A DNA stretch of 64,000 bases from a virus, in the IMG/VR virus record IMGVR_UViG_3300027759_000067, positions 25,708-89,707 of that record; one strand, written 5' to 3'. Made by a program: the position numbers and the translations under genes. The notes under the pieces are model-generated. The model did not search any database, was not told where the DNA came from, and saw only the letters and a list, made by a program, of their open reading frames with translations. Below, piece after piece: positions 10,560 to 20,483 of the stretch (its first letter is position 1; each line of letters opens with the position of its first letter).

Positions 10560-10796
10560 ATGAATATATTTGAAAGTCCGGACGGTGGCAAAACTATATA
10601 TCAACGTGAATCACCATACACCGCTGAACGTAAATTAGTCAAAGAAGATTTTTCAATTATATCAAGAATAAAAGAACGGCAGTTGTGGGATGATATTCGA
10701 CAAGCGGCTATGACCAATAATACTTTACATGAAGCCATGGAACGTGTTAAAGTAATATACTACCTGAGCAAAGATAATGGCAACAGCAAAACTTGA
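10560..10796 (+). CDS. Hypothetical protein
   Basis: 78 aa; IFESPDGGKTIY N-terminus. Confidence 0.7.
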   Translation: MNIFESPDGGKTIYQRESPYTAERKLVKEDFSIISRIKERQLWDDIRQAAMTNNTLHEAMERVKVIYYLSKDNGNSKT

Positions 10797-11241
10797 TATC
10801 AAACGTGAACTCAATGCTGTAGATCGTAAGACCTACAACTTCTACGACAATCTCACTGACGAGGAACGTAAAGCATTTAGTCCTTATATCTTAATGCGAT
10901 ATACAGCCAGCGTTCAAGGCGATAGAGATACACAAGAATGGTTCCTTGAAATGACTAATGAAATGGTTAATAAAAATCATTGGGATCTCAGTAAGAATCA
11001 TAAGGCTTTATTGTGGAAATTATTTGCCGGAGTAGGCACCGGCGCCACTGCTTATCATCCATACTTGGCGGCAGGTAAGAAAGAGAAAGCCAATAAGATT
11101 GAAAAATTATTGTGCGAACTTAATCCAGCAATGAAGATGGCAGATATTAAACTAATGGCCAAAATGATGGATAAGAAAGACAAAGAAGAACTATTTGATA
11201 AAATGGGGTTTGATAAGAAACAACGGAAAGAATACGAATGA
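10777..11241 (+). CDS. Putative clamp-loader small subunit (gp62-like)
   Basis: FSPYILMRY motif, size and replication context. Confidence 0.55.
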   Translation: MATAKLDIKRELNAVDRKTYNFYDNLTDEERKAFSPYILMRYTASVQGDRDTQEWFLEMTNEMVNKNHWDLSKNHKALLWKLFAGVGTGATAYHPYLAAGKKEKANKIEKLLCELNPAMKMADIKLMAKMMDKKDKEELFDKMGFDKKQRKEYE

Positions 11242-11456
11242 GTTCTTTAGGTGGCAATTTTAAAATGTTTAAATGGGTACCAGACGGCACCTATGACTAT
11301 AGCGAATATTATGTAAGATATGTTATAATTAACTCTAACCCAATAATAGTTATTGCTAAAGAATGGTTAGACAAGGGTGGTCCAACAGATGTATCTGAAT
11401 CATTACGTCAACCTTGGGGCGCATTTCCTAACTTTCCTCCTAAACCAAAAAAATGA
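11238..11456 (+). CDS. Hypothetical protein
   Basis: 72 aa, ATGA-coupled at both ends. Confidence 0.55.
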   Translation: MSSLGGNFKMFKWVPDGTYDYSEYYVRYVIINSNPIIVIAKEWLDKGGPTDVSESLRQPWGAFPNFPPKPKK

Positions 11457-12148
11457 TTGATCTTGTAGAACAACCTTATACTTGCGTACATTGCGGCAAA
11501 AGTTTTATGAAAGATAAAACTTTGGTTGCCCATATGTGCGAACGCAAACGTCGTGCTCTACAGAAAGATGAGAAACGTGTACAAGCAGGCTTTATGGCAT
11601 TTAATCGCTTTTGGCAATTGACGCAAAATGCTAAACAACCTAAGACCTATGATAACTTTGCTGACAGCAGTTACTATAATGCCTTTGTAAAGTTTGGCAG
11701 CTTCATTAATAATGTCAATCCACTTTATCCAGATAAGTTTGTTGACTATGTGATTAAGAGTGGTGTCAAATTGGATCACTGGTGTAGAGATGAACTCTAC
11801 GAAAGATATCTGTTTGATATGCTTAAAACAGAACCTGTGGAAAGTGCTGTACAAAGAACTCTACAAAATATGATGGAATGGGGCGATGCAAACAATGCCA
11901 ACTATGCACATTATTTTAATTATGTAAGTCTTAACAAAGCGGTACACGACATACTGAATGGTAAGATTAGTTTCTGGATGATACTTAATAGTACTCCTGG
12001 TAAAACTATGATTAGTAATATGAGTGATGAACAATTAATGATGATTGCTCCTGTGTTTGATGTTCCACATTGGATGAAGAAGTTTAAACAAAGTCCAGCA
12101 GATGTTGCATTGGTACAAGAAATATGTGCAGAGGTTGGAATAAAATGA
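11453..12148 (+). CDS. Protein with N-terminal C2H2-like zinc finger
   Basis: YTCVHCGKSF...LVAHMC. Confidence 0.7.
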   Translation: MIDLVEQPYTCVHCGKSFMKDKTLVAHMCERKRRALQKDEKRVQAGFMAFNRFWQLTQNAKQPKTYDNFADSSYYNAFVKFGSFINNVNPLYPDKFVDYVIKSGVKLDHWCRDELYERYLFDMLKTEPVESAVQRTLQNMMEWGDANNANYAHYFNYVSLNKAVHDILNGKISFWMILNSTPGKTMISNMSDEQLMMIAPVFDVPHWMKKFKQSPADVALVQEICAEVGIK

Positions 12149-12534
12149 GTGTAGATAATATTGGAAAATTTCTAAAGTATCATGATATGCAGGTCATTGA
12201 TGATAACAAACGTGCCTATAAACATACACGTATGAATGTAAAATATTTTAACAACTTTGCTGACTATAACGAATTAACGGCAACGGATGCAATTCGATAC
12301 GATACTGAAAAACTACTGACAGTAGAAATTACAGAGAGTGAGTTACAACGTATTGCAGACTTTGAAGCAGAAGTTTTTAATAACTTAAAAGAACACGGTC
12401 ATTATAGAATGTTTGAACATATGACTCAATTAAAAGAACGTGAAAAATATCTTAAGAACAAATATCCAGCAGTGAAGAAAGCCTACGAACATTATAGTCT
12501 AATGTTAAAATTAGCAGAAAGTGGTGAACTATGA
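12145..12534 (+). CDS. Hypothetical protein
   Basis: Start moved to ATGA overlap at 12145. Confidence 0.65.
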   Translation: MSVDNIGKFLKYHDMQVIDDNKRAYKHTRMNVKYFNNFADYNELTATDAIRYDTEKLLTVEITESELQRIADFEAEVFNNLKEHGHYRMFEHMTQLKEREKYLKNKYPAVKKAYEHYSLMLKLAESGEL

Positions 12535-12998
12535 ATATGCTCAAAGGTCAAAACAGCTATGACTCTACATCCACAGGTGCGGTGATTCCTTTCCTTAATA
12601 GAAACGTTACACCCTATGCCACAGAGGCAGGTGGTTTTAAATTTGATCTTGTTCCTGTTGAGAAGCAAAAAGATATTATGCTCAATGTTGGCAGAATGCA
12701 TGCCGAACAAGAATATAATCGTATCATGGAATTAGTTCGAGTATTAGAAGGCCAAGCTCAGCAAATTAAACGTAGATTGGAAATAACCGATGCTGTTCAT
12801 GCCGCTGAATATCAATTCCAAACATATCACGGACAAACATATTGGTTAGTATTTGAACGAGAAAAAAAGAAAACTATATTGGCAAAAAAAGGACCTAACG
12901 ATTGGTCCAGTAGCGCACCAGAAGAATATGAATACATTGCAGCAGTGAAATGGTTAGGCGATCACACTTGGATAGAAGTAACAGAGGAACAACAATGA
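12531..12998 (+). CDS. DUF2452-like protein
   Basis: L..QA..I....VHAAEYQF...GQTYWL...P.DW pattern. Confidence 0.55.
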   Translation: MNMLKGQNSYDSTSTGAVIPFLNRNVTPYATEAGGFKFDLVPVEKQKDIMLNVGRMHAEQEYNRIMELVRVLEGQAQQIKRRLEITDAVHAAEYQFQTYHGQTYWLVFEREKKKTILAKKGPNDWSSSAPEEYEYIAAVKWLGDHTWIEVTEEQQ

Positions 12999-13186
12999 AC
13001 ATACCCAAAGAAGGCAGTAAATGGACCAGCATCAACGAAACATTCGTTGTTATCCATACAATTGAATTAGATGGACATACATGGATACACTATAGAAAAG
13101 AGACCAGCGGACAAGAATATAGTTGCTATGCAGAAAGTTTCTTAGATAGATTTACAGAAATACACAATGAAACAAAAGTTTATTGA
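12995..13186 (+). CDS. Hypothetical protein
   Basis: RBS GAGG and ATGA overlap at 12995. Confidence 0.6.
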   Translation: MNIPKEGSKWTSINETFVVIHTIELDGHTWIHYRKETSGQEYSCYAESFLDRFTEIHNETKVY

Positions 13187-13595
13187 TCTATACATGGACT
13201 GGGCAGCTCGTACTGCTCAACTTAGCCATGCTCAACGACTACAGGTAGGTGCGGTGATCGTAAAGGATGACAGCGTGATTAGTTACGGTTATAATGGTAC
13301 ACCCGCAGGGTGGGATAATAACTGCGAGGACATAGTAAGTTATAATTTAGGCGAACCAATATTAAAAACTAAACCAGAGGTATTACATGCTGAATCAAAT
13401 GCCGTGGCAAAATTGGCCAAAAGTACAAATAGCGGTATGGGCGCTACTATGTTCATTACCCACGCTCCATGTATGGAGTGTGCCAAACTTATATACCAAA
13501 GCGGTATTGGGCATGTTCTATATCGTAGTTCTTATCGGGATATTAGTGGCATCACGTTTCTTGAAAAATCCGGTGTAAAGGTTGAACAAATATAA
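13167..13595 (+). CDS. dCMP deaminase
   Basis: HAESNA and PCMEC zinc motifs, GYNGTP. Confidence 0.92.
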   Translation: MKQKFIDLYMDWAARTAQLSHAQRLQVGAVIVKDDSVISYGYNGTPAGWDNNCEDIVSYNLGEPILKTKPEVLHAESNAVAKLAKSTNSGMGATMFITHAPCMECAKLIYQSGIGHVLYRSSYRDISGITFLEKSGVKVEQI

Positions 13596-14170
13596 TGGAC
13601 ATTGATATAGACTTTCCTGATAGAAAAAAAGTGCTTGATATAATTAAGCATATTCCAGCACGGCTCGAAGATGGAAAGAAACATAACACAGGTGTCTATT
13701 GTCATAACATTCCCTATGACCCTATTAATGATACCGCAAGTTTAGATTATAAATCTGCAGAGGAACGTGGATACTTTAAGATTGACTTCTTGAATGTTAA
13801 TGCTTATGCTGGTGTTAGAGATGAAGCCCATATCATTGAATTACTCAACAATGAACCATTGTGGGATTTGTTATATGAAAAAGATGTGTGCGATCAATTA
13901 TTCCACGTTAATGGATATCACAACTTATTGGCTGAGTTAAAACCTACAAGTATTCTTGATCTAGCCAAGGTCCTGGCCATGATTAGACCGGGCAAGAAAC
14001 ATCTCATCCCAATATGCAAGGAACAAGGATTCCAGGCTATCAAGGATGAAATATGGACTAAAACTGAAGATGCCTATTTCTTTAAGAAGGCTCATGCTGT
14101 TTCCTATGCTAGTGTTATTGTGGTACAGTTAAATTTAATCTGCGAAAAAATTAGTTACGGTTATGGTTAA
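13595..14170 (+). CDS. Minimal DNA polymerase III alpha (DnaE)-like catalytic fragment
   Basis: DIDIDF, KHNTGVY, FKIDFL, IRPG, FKKAHAVSY motifs in only 191 aa. Confidence 0.8.
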   Translation: MDIDIDFPDRKKVLDIIKHIPARLEDGKKHNTGVYCHNIPYDPINDTASLDYKSAEERGYFKIDFLNVNAYAGVRDEAHIIELLNNEPLWDLLYEKDVCDQLFHVNGYHNLLAELKPTSILDLAKVLAMIRPGKKHLIPICKEQGFQAIKDEIWTKTEDAYFFKKAHAVSYASVIVVQLNLICEKISYGYG

Positions 14171-14541
14171 CGAACTGCTCTCATTGATCGCACTAATTGT
14201 ATTGATTTGCGTTTGATGCGTTTCTCAGCTATTTCACCAAGATTCACTGTGGGTCCAAATACTACTTCTATATCCTTACTGCTAAATGTTTTTATGTAAG
14301 GTCTGAACTTTTGCATCTCTTGCTTAAGAAATATGTTGATTGGTATTTTACGATTGCTTTCCCACCACCAAACTTCACCTAATTCTAAAAATATTACACG
14401 TTCCTGCTCATCTATTATCATAGATAAATCATAGATGCTGGAAACATAGTCATCGCAATTGACTACAATACCCACATATTCACGATCGTTGGACTTTAGA
14501 CACGATATAAATGGGAATTTTTCCTGGAATTGGTTACTCAT
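14167..14541 (-). CDS. Hypothetical protein
   Basis: 124 aa; WWWESNRKIPINIFL. Confidence 0.7.
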   Translation of the reverse strand: MSNQFQEKFPFISCLKSNDREYVGIVVNCDDYVSSIYDLSMIIDEQERVIFLELGEVWWWESNRKIPINIFLKQEMQKFRPYIKTFSSKDIEVVFGPTVNLGEIAEKRIKRKSIQLVRSMRAVR

Positions 14542-14562
14542 TGGGTTTTAAATAAATACATT

Positions 14563-15399
14563 ATGCAAATTTTACCAATCTATTTATACGCAAACAAACT
14601 CGATGTTACACTAGATTTGGACGCTACAATCAGGGGAGTTAATCAGGTTATGTATCAACGAGACCTAACAGTACAAAAAGGAATTAAGAATCAAATTAGG
14701 ATTCAATTCAAAAACAGCGACCAAAAACGTATATCCATCTCTACTAGCACTATATTTGTGTTTAGTATGTTTGATGCTATAAATCAACGTTTAATAGTGG
14801 AGAAGGACCTTGAAGTCCTCCCAGAAACTACTAGTACCAAAGGTATGGCATTGCTTACCCTTAACGAAAGCGATACCCTGGATCTTGATAAATCTAGCTA
14901 TACCTATAGCGTGAAACAACAAGACACAGACGGAACTTATACACCGGCATATGCTAATACCTATTACGGTATGAACGGTACACTACATATATCCACTGAC
15001 ATTTATCCAGTATTACAGGATAGTACCACTGTTACTAGCTTTAATCCTACTTTTAATTCTAGTACAGGTTTGTACGAACATAAGAGCGGAAATATACACG
15101 CTAACCCTGCCTTTAATGGTAATACTGCATTGCATACCGTGGCATTTTATATGACTGCCTATAAAGGTACAGTTAATATCCAAGCCGCATTGGATAATAA
15201 TCCTACAGGCGATCACAGCTATTATACCATTGTTTCCAAAGCCTATAATGGTAAATCTGGTGTGGATTATGTTAACTTTGATGGCGTGTTTACTTATATC
15301 CGAATTGTACATATTCCAGCCGCTGGCCCACCCCCTAATACTTCCAACGACACCCCTGGTTTCTTCGGTTCATTTGACAAGGTACTATATAGAAGTTAA
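14563..15399 (+). CDS. Probable virion structural protein
   Basis: TAAATA 4 nt before ATG 14563; Thr/Asn-rich beta protein. Confidence 0.55.
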   Translation: MQILPIYLYANKLDVTLDLDATIRGVNQVMYQRDLTVQKGIKNQIRIQFKNSDQKRISISTSTIFVFSMFDAINQRLIVEKDLEVLPETTSTKGMALLTLNESDTLDLDKSSYTYSVKQQDTDGTYTPAYANTYYGMNGTLHISTDIYPVLQDSTTVTSFNPTFNSSTGLYEHKSGNIHANPAFNGNTALHTVAFYMTAYKGTVNIQAALDNNPTGDHSYYTIVSKAYNGKSGVDYVNFDGVFTYIRIVHIPAAGPPPNTSNDTPGFFGSFDKVLYRS

Positions 15400-15402
15400 A
15401 AT
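15374..15402 (+). promoter_or_regulatory. sigma70 promoter for primase-helicase (TTGACA-17-TAAAAT)
   Basis: ATG lies only 5 nt after the -10. Confidence 0.7.
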
Positions 15403-15407
15403 AGTGC

Positions 15408-16403
15408 ATGAATCAAATTCAGGCAGCACTACAGTCTTTACTACCCGCTAATCGAAAACTAACCACCGGCGGTTGGATAAGTTTCAACGCGGTTTGCTGC
15501 TCACATAGAGGCGATAGACCAGATACTAAGAAACGCGGTGGCGTGATGTTTAACGACGAAAGCTTCACCTACCATTGCTTTAATTGCGGATTCAAAGCAG
15601 GGTGGAGCCCAGGTAAACTACTCAGCAACAATACTAAACTATTATACAAATGGTTGGGCTTGGGCGATACGGATATCAGCAAACTAGGATTGGTAACTTT
15701 AAAATTTAAAGAAGATCAACCTCAGCTGAAAAAAACATTGGTCTTTGATCTAATGGAAAAACCATTACCTAACGAATGCCAAAGTATTACTAAATGGGTT
15801 GAACAAGATTGCCAAGACCCTGAGCTAATAGCTGTGATTGACTATCTACTCAATAGGGGTATGGAATACGATTGGTACAACTGGCACTGGAGTTCAGCAC
15901 CCGGATTTAGAGATAGAGTTATTGTTCCATTCTATGATAAAGGTCAAGTAGTGGGCTATACAGGACGTAAGATCACAGATGGTAAACCTAAGTATCTTAC
16001 TGATAGCCAAAGTGGTTATGTGTTTAACCTAGATAGACAGACCTACGATAGATCTTGTGTTATAGTAGTTGAAGGACAGTTTGATGCTATCGCTGTAGAT
16101 GGCGTGGCCATTATGACCAACGAACCTAACGAAACTCAATGTGCTAGATTAAATGCTGTGGGTAAACAAATCATTGTTGTACCAGATAGAGATCGCCCAG
16201 GTGCTAAGATGATTAAAGCTGCACTGGCTAATGGCTGGGCAGTGAGCTTACCACCCTGGGAAAACAATATTAAAGACGTTGCCGATGCTGTAAAGAAATA
16301 TGGTAGACTTTATACTCTAACCACAATTTTACACTATCGAGAAACTAATAAGATAAAAATACAATTGCTACAGAAAAAATTAGAGGCCCTAACAGATGAA
16401 TAA
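15408..16403 (+). CDS. DNA primase (zinc-binding domain + TOPRIM)
   Basis: YHCFNCG, EGQFDA, PDRD, KDVADA. Confidence 0.9.
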   Translation: MNQIQAALQSLLPANRKLTTGGWISFNAVCCSHRGDRPDTKKRGGVMFNDESFTYHCFNCGFKAGWSPGKLLSNNTKLLYKWLGLGDTDISKLGLVTLKFKEDQPQLKKTLVFDLMEKPLPNECQSITKWVEQDCQDPELIAVIDYLLNRGMEYDWYNWHWSSAPGFRDRVIVPFYDKGQVVGYTGRKITDGKPKYLTDSQSGYVFNLDRQTYDRSCVIVVEGQFDAIAVDGVAIMTNEPNETQCARLNAVGKQIIVVPDRDRPGAKMIKAALANGWAVSLPPWENNIKDVADAVKKYGRLYTLTTILHYRETNKIKIQLLQKKLEALTDE

Positions 16404-17877
16404 AAAAGAGAAAACTCCTAAACCAAACTATACTGCTGAGATGCAGAAACTATACTTGGAGATGTTCTTATCAGATGCTGAAACTTTTGTACGTTGCCAA
16501 AACATTTTTGATCCACTGAACTTTGATCAAAGATTCCAGGATACAGCAGAATTTATTACCAAGTATGTAGATGACTATAAAGTCATGCCCGAGGTTGCAA
16601 TTGTTAACGCAAGTTGTAGATCAGAACTCCAATCTATACAATTACCTAAAGAAAACTACGAATGGCTCATGGACGAGTTTGAGAACTTTAGTAGACATAA
16701 AGGACTGGAACGTGCCATTATAGAAAGTGCTGATCTACTCGAAGCCGGCGACTATGGACCAGTGGAAAAACTGATCAAAGACGCTATACAGATATCACTG
16801 AACAAGGATATGGGTACAGATTACTTTGAGGATCCAAGAGCACGTTTGACTAAACTTAAAGACGGTAATGGACAAATTAGTACAGGGTGGCCTAGCATTG
16901 ATCGCAAGTTGTATGGTGGGTTCAATCGTGGTGAACTGAATATCTTCTGTGCAGGATCAGGCGGTGGTAAAAGTCTATTCTTGGCCAATATGGGCGTGAA
17001 CTGGGCACTACAAGGTCTTAACGTATTGTATCTAACATTTGAGTTGAGCGAGGGCTTGGTGGCCATGCGTTTGGATAGTATGATGACCGGTATTGGTACT
17101 AGAGAGATCTTTAAGAATCTAGACGACGTTGAACTTAAAGTCAAAGTCCTAGGCAAGAAGTCTGGAAATCTACAAGTAAAATATATGCCCAGCGGTAAGA
17201 ACTGTAATGACATTAGAGCCTATCTAAAAGAATATCAGGTTAAGAAAGGATGTAAACCTGACGTTATCCTTATTGACTATTTGGACTTAATGATGCCATT
17301 GAGCGTTAAGGTTAGTCCTAGCGACTTGTTTGTTAAGGACAAATATGTATCTGAAGAGATCCGTAATCTAGCTATGGAAACACAATGTATTACGGTGACT
17401 GCTAGTCAGTTGAATCGTAGTGCAGTTGAAGAGATTGAGTTTGATCACAGTCATATCTCTGGTGGACTATCTAAGATCATGACAGCAGATAATGTTATTG
17501 GTATCTTTACATCTAGAGCAATGAAAGAACGTGGACGGTATCAAATCCAGTTTATGAAGACACGTTCAAGTTCCGGTGTTGGACAAAAGGTTGATTTGGA
17601 ATTTAATGTTGATACTCTACGTATCAGCGACTTAGGTGAAGATGAAGAAACTAGCTTTAGTCAACAAAAAGCAGAAAACGGTACAAGCTCTATGATGAAG
17701 GGCTTTAAACGTACTAGTACAGTGACTACCAGCACAGATGAAACTACTGGTGAAGTTAAATGGGAAAGACCTACTCCTGCCGAAGGGTGGAGCATTGATA
17801 AACCTAATAGAAACCCACTTAAGGTTGCAGGCGATATTAGATCAATGTTGGCTAATATGAACAGCGAAAAAGATTAG
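16396..17877 (+). CDS. Replicative helicase, DnaB/gp41-like
   Basis: AGSGGGKS, IDYLDL, TASQLNR, MKTRSS. Confidence 0.93.
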   Translation: MNKKEKTPKPNYTAEMQKLYLEMFLSDAETFVRCQNIFDPLNFDQRFQDTAEFITKYVDDYKVMPEVAIVNASCRSELQSIQLPKENYEWLMDEFENFSRHKGLERAIIESADLLEAGDYGPVEKLIKDAIQISLNKDMGTDYFEDPRARLTKLKDGNGQISTGWPSIDRKLYGGFNRGELNIFCAGSGGGKSLFLANMGVNWALQGLNVLYLTFELSEGLVAMRLDSMMTGIGTREIFKNLDDVELKVKVLGKKSGNLQVKYMPSGKNCNDIRAYLKEYQVKKGCKPDVILIDYLDLMMPLSVKVSPSDLFVKDKYVSEEIRNLAMETQCITVTASQLNRSAVEEIEFDHSHISGGLSKIMTADNVIGIFTSRAMKERGRYQIQFMKTRSSSGVGQKVDLEFNVDTLRISDLGEDEETSFSQQKAENGTSSMMKGFKRTSTVTTSTDETTGEVKWERPTPAEGWSIDKPNRNPLKVAGDIRSMLANMNSEKD

Positions 17878-18434
17878 AACCAATTGGCTACTTGCTGTTT
17901 ACTGGAATCAGCAATGACTTTATGCCACTGATCTATGTCTGTATAACCAAATACTAATTCAGGCTCTGCACGGGTGAATGACCAACTTTGATTGATGTTC
18001 CAGGGCGCCTCACCTAATATCTCACCTTCTATATGCCCGGGCAACCAACGTGTAAACCCTGCTACTGCACGAAACTGACTGGGCCCTTCATGTCTACTAA
18101 TAGCTGTTAATACGGATACATCACTACTGATGCCTATTTGCTCTGTGAGCTTGTTAGTGGTGGGACTAAACCAATCCAACGTATGTATGATGTGTATACG
18201 ATTGGTGCTTTCACTACCTCCTATATACAAGGGTTGATCGCCATCCATGTTTAATCCTATATTACGCATTACACTATCAACAGTGACGTTATTGGTGTAA
18301 GGCCTATTAATTTGTAAACCTATGGCACCTGAGGTGTCATGATCTATGACTAATATGGCACTCCTGCGTAGAGAAGTATCTGTTCGTTTTGGATGAGCGG
18401 CTAATAAGAAGCCAGTGTAGTTTTGTTCGTACAT
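17874..18434 (-). CDS. YqgE/AlgH (DUF179) family protein
   Basis: GFLLAAHP, GAIGLQINRP, LYIGG, G...W.PG..EGEI...W. Confidence 0.85.
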   Translation of the reverse strand: MYEQNYTGFLLAAHPKRTDTSLRRSAILVIDHDTSGAIGLQINRPYTNNVTVDSVMRNIGLNMDGDQPLYIGGSESTNRIHIIHTLDWFSPTTNKLTEQIGISSDVSVLTAISRHEGPSQFRAVAGFTRWLPGHIEGEILGEAPWNINQSWSFTRAEPELVFGYTDIDQWHKVIADSSKQQVANWF

Positions 18435-18439
18435 GAAAT

Positions 18440-18456
18440 TATTTAACCGATAAATA
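18440..18456. promoter_or_regulatory. Back-to-back TAAATA late-type promoters
   Basis: TATTTA 18440-18445 and TAAATA 18451-18456, 5 and 7 nt from the divergent ATGs. Confidence 0.6.
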
Positions 18457-18463
18457 ATTTTAT

Positions 18464-19156
18464 ATGGCGATACTTGACTTTAATCTGGGGTTTGAAACTC
18501 ACTCTACACTTAACCCACGTTTGTGGCGCAATAACGAACTGGACAAAGATGTGGAGTCGGCACTGATTAAAATAGCCCAAGACTTTAAAAAGTTTATAGA
18601 TGTACCATTTGATGTAGTGGATGTGCGTATAACGGGCGGACAAGTATCATACTTCTATACTGAACATAGTGATTTGGATCTGCATCTAATAGCGGATTTC
18701 TCTAGTGTTCGATGCGATAGAGAAGCTGCTGAACTATTTGACGCTAAACGTTTACTCTATAAAGAGAAATACTCTATTACAGTCAAGGGTATTCCTGTGG
18801 AACTATACGTGGAAGATTTGGATCACCCTGCTGTTAGTGCTGCTTATAGCATACAAACTAGATCTTGGATTACACAACCAAAAAAAGATCTTGGCCCTTT
18901 TGACATCGACGAAATTGAAAGACTAAGCAATGTATGGGGCGAAATAATTCAGCATAGTTTGAGGCTGAAAAACATTAAAACTGCTAGAAAAACCTTGGAT
19001 TTATTACGCAAATTCCGCCATTTAGGCCTCAAAATACACGGAGAATATTCCACGGCTAATCTAGTATATAAGACACTGAGAAACAGCGATCTTATTAAGA
19101 AACTACAGAATTTTATAGACACTGAACACGAGAACAATCTGAGCGTAACTGGCTAG
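18464..19156 (+). CDS. Pol-beta-superfamily nucleotidyltransferase
   Basis: ITGG....Y...SDLDLHL and VELYVED motifs. Confidence 0.75.
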   Translation: MAILDFNLGFETHSTLNPRLWRNNELDKDVESALIKIAQDFKKFIDVPFDVVDVRITGGQVSYFYTEHSDLDLHLIADFSSVRCDREAAELFDAKRLLYKEKYSITVKGIPVELYVEDLDHPAVSAAYSIQTRSWITQPKKDLGPFDIDEIERLSNVWGEIIQHSLRLKNIKTARKTLDLLRKFRHLGLKIHGEYSTANLVYKTLRNSDLIKKLQNFIDTEHENNLSVTG

Positions 19157-19226
19157 CGCGAGACCTTTCCCCGCGCAGCGCCAGCGCAAAAAAAAAGATT
19201 TTCTAATCTATTATACTAGCACTTTA

Positions 19227-19922
19227 TTACCAAACCCACATAGGATAGTTAGAATCTATATAACCTAGATCATACTCACTATACCATCTACCACTTCCTC
19301 CAGCTAGACCGGATAACTTGGATCGCGGTCCATGGGTTAACCCTACTCGATCTACTAATAATTCATAACAACAATGCTCTACTGCTTTTACCCTGTCGTC
19401 AGCTTCTAATAATTTGGGTACTAGACTATTAACAGCAAACTCTAGACTAGAATAGAAGAATCTTGTATCTACGTATGTGGTGTTGAAACCTACTCGATCA
19501 TCATAATGCTGCCAGAAACACGAAGACTTACCCTGCATATATCTGCTAATTTCAGCAAAATTCCTGCAATAGACTTTACCTGTACACTTGTAAAAACTAG
19601 ACTCGGAATTTAATAATACGCTATTATTCAAAGCATATTCTAATAGTCGCGCTTCTCCATAACCTTTTCCACGCTGTTGAACTAATTCCGTGTTTTGCTG
19701 ATAACTAAGTTGCTCAACTTCTATATCAAAATTGGCAAACTCTTCAGGAGAGAATAATACACTGTCTGTGGCATCTACTATGACTACTTTTTTGATACCA
19801 CTTAATATCCAAAATCCTAGAGCTGATCGCGCTGCTAATCGCCTGCTAGCACTATCTACTAATTGTAGATGCGGTACTCCACTAGGAGGCCTGTTGGCTG
19901 TGGTTATTAATACCACACTCAT
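19227..19922 (-). CDS. Putative glycosyltransferase-like protein
   Basis: GKGYGEA and YKCTGK motifs resembling polysaccharide-locus proteins. Confidence 0.5.
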   Translation of the reverse strand: MSVVLITTANRPPSGVPHLQLVDSASRRLAARSALGFWILSGIKKVVIVDATDSVLFSPEEFANFDIEVEQLSYQQNTELVQQRGKGYGEARLLEYALNNSVLLNSESSFYKCTGKVYCRNFAEISRYMQGKSSCFWQHYDDRVGFNTTYVDTRFFYSSLEFAVNSLVPKLLEADDRVKAVEHCCYELLVDRVGLTHGPRSKLSGLAGGSGRWYSEYDLGYIDSNYPMWVW

Positions 19923-19925
19923 GGT

Positions 19926-20483
19926 TTATAAAGTCTCAACTATGAGTCTACGTAGATCTAAACTATGCGCTATATTCTCTACCCTAGACTCATAATCCGC
20001 AGCTAACTCTAAGATCACACTATCTAAACTACGATCAACTTTGAAACTTAGACCACCGGCACGAGACCAATCTCGGCAGTTATCTAATCGATCATCTACT
20101 AATATATCACCGGGATTACAATGTAGATGCTTGTCTACACTATAGGGCCCAAAATGTACCGCTATATCTGTGAAATGTAATTTGGCCCACTCGGCTTTAT
20201 CATGAAATGCCCAGGGTAGATCATTATTGTGCGGTATTGCCGTTAGAAACATTAATTCCCAACCTAGTTGATCTCTATACTGACGGGCTATGTTGACTAA
20301 CTCTGTGGCACGGGGCATTACGGGTAAATGTAAGAATAGATGCGGGTTATTACGCAATCTATGCCAATCTGCATCTGGATACATCTCTCCAGGTGCTGCT
20401 TCTTTACCTAATATACGTAGAGAATTGGCTCTCCAATCTGCTACTACTCCATCCATGTCTAAATATATCTTTGGTTTATTCAT
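19926..20483 (-). CDS. HAD-family 5'(3')-deoxyribonucleotidase (NT5C-like)
   Basis: YLDMDGVVAD, LTA, ILVDDR. Confidence 0.88.
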   Translation of the reverse strand: MNKPKIYLDMDGVVADWRANSLRILGKEAAPGEMYPDADWHRLRNNPHLFLHLPVMPRATELVNIARQYRDQLGWELMFLTAIPHNNDLPWAFHDKAEWAKLHFTDIAVHFGPYSVDKHLHCNPGDILVDDRLDNCRDWSRAGGLSFKVDRSLDSVILELAADYESRVENIAHSLDLRRLIVETL

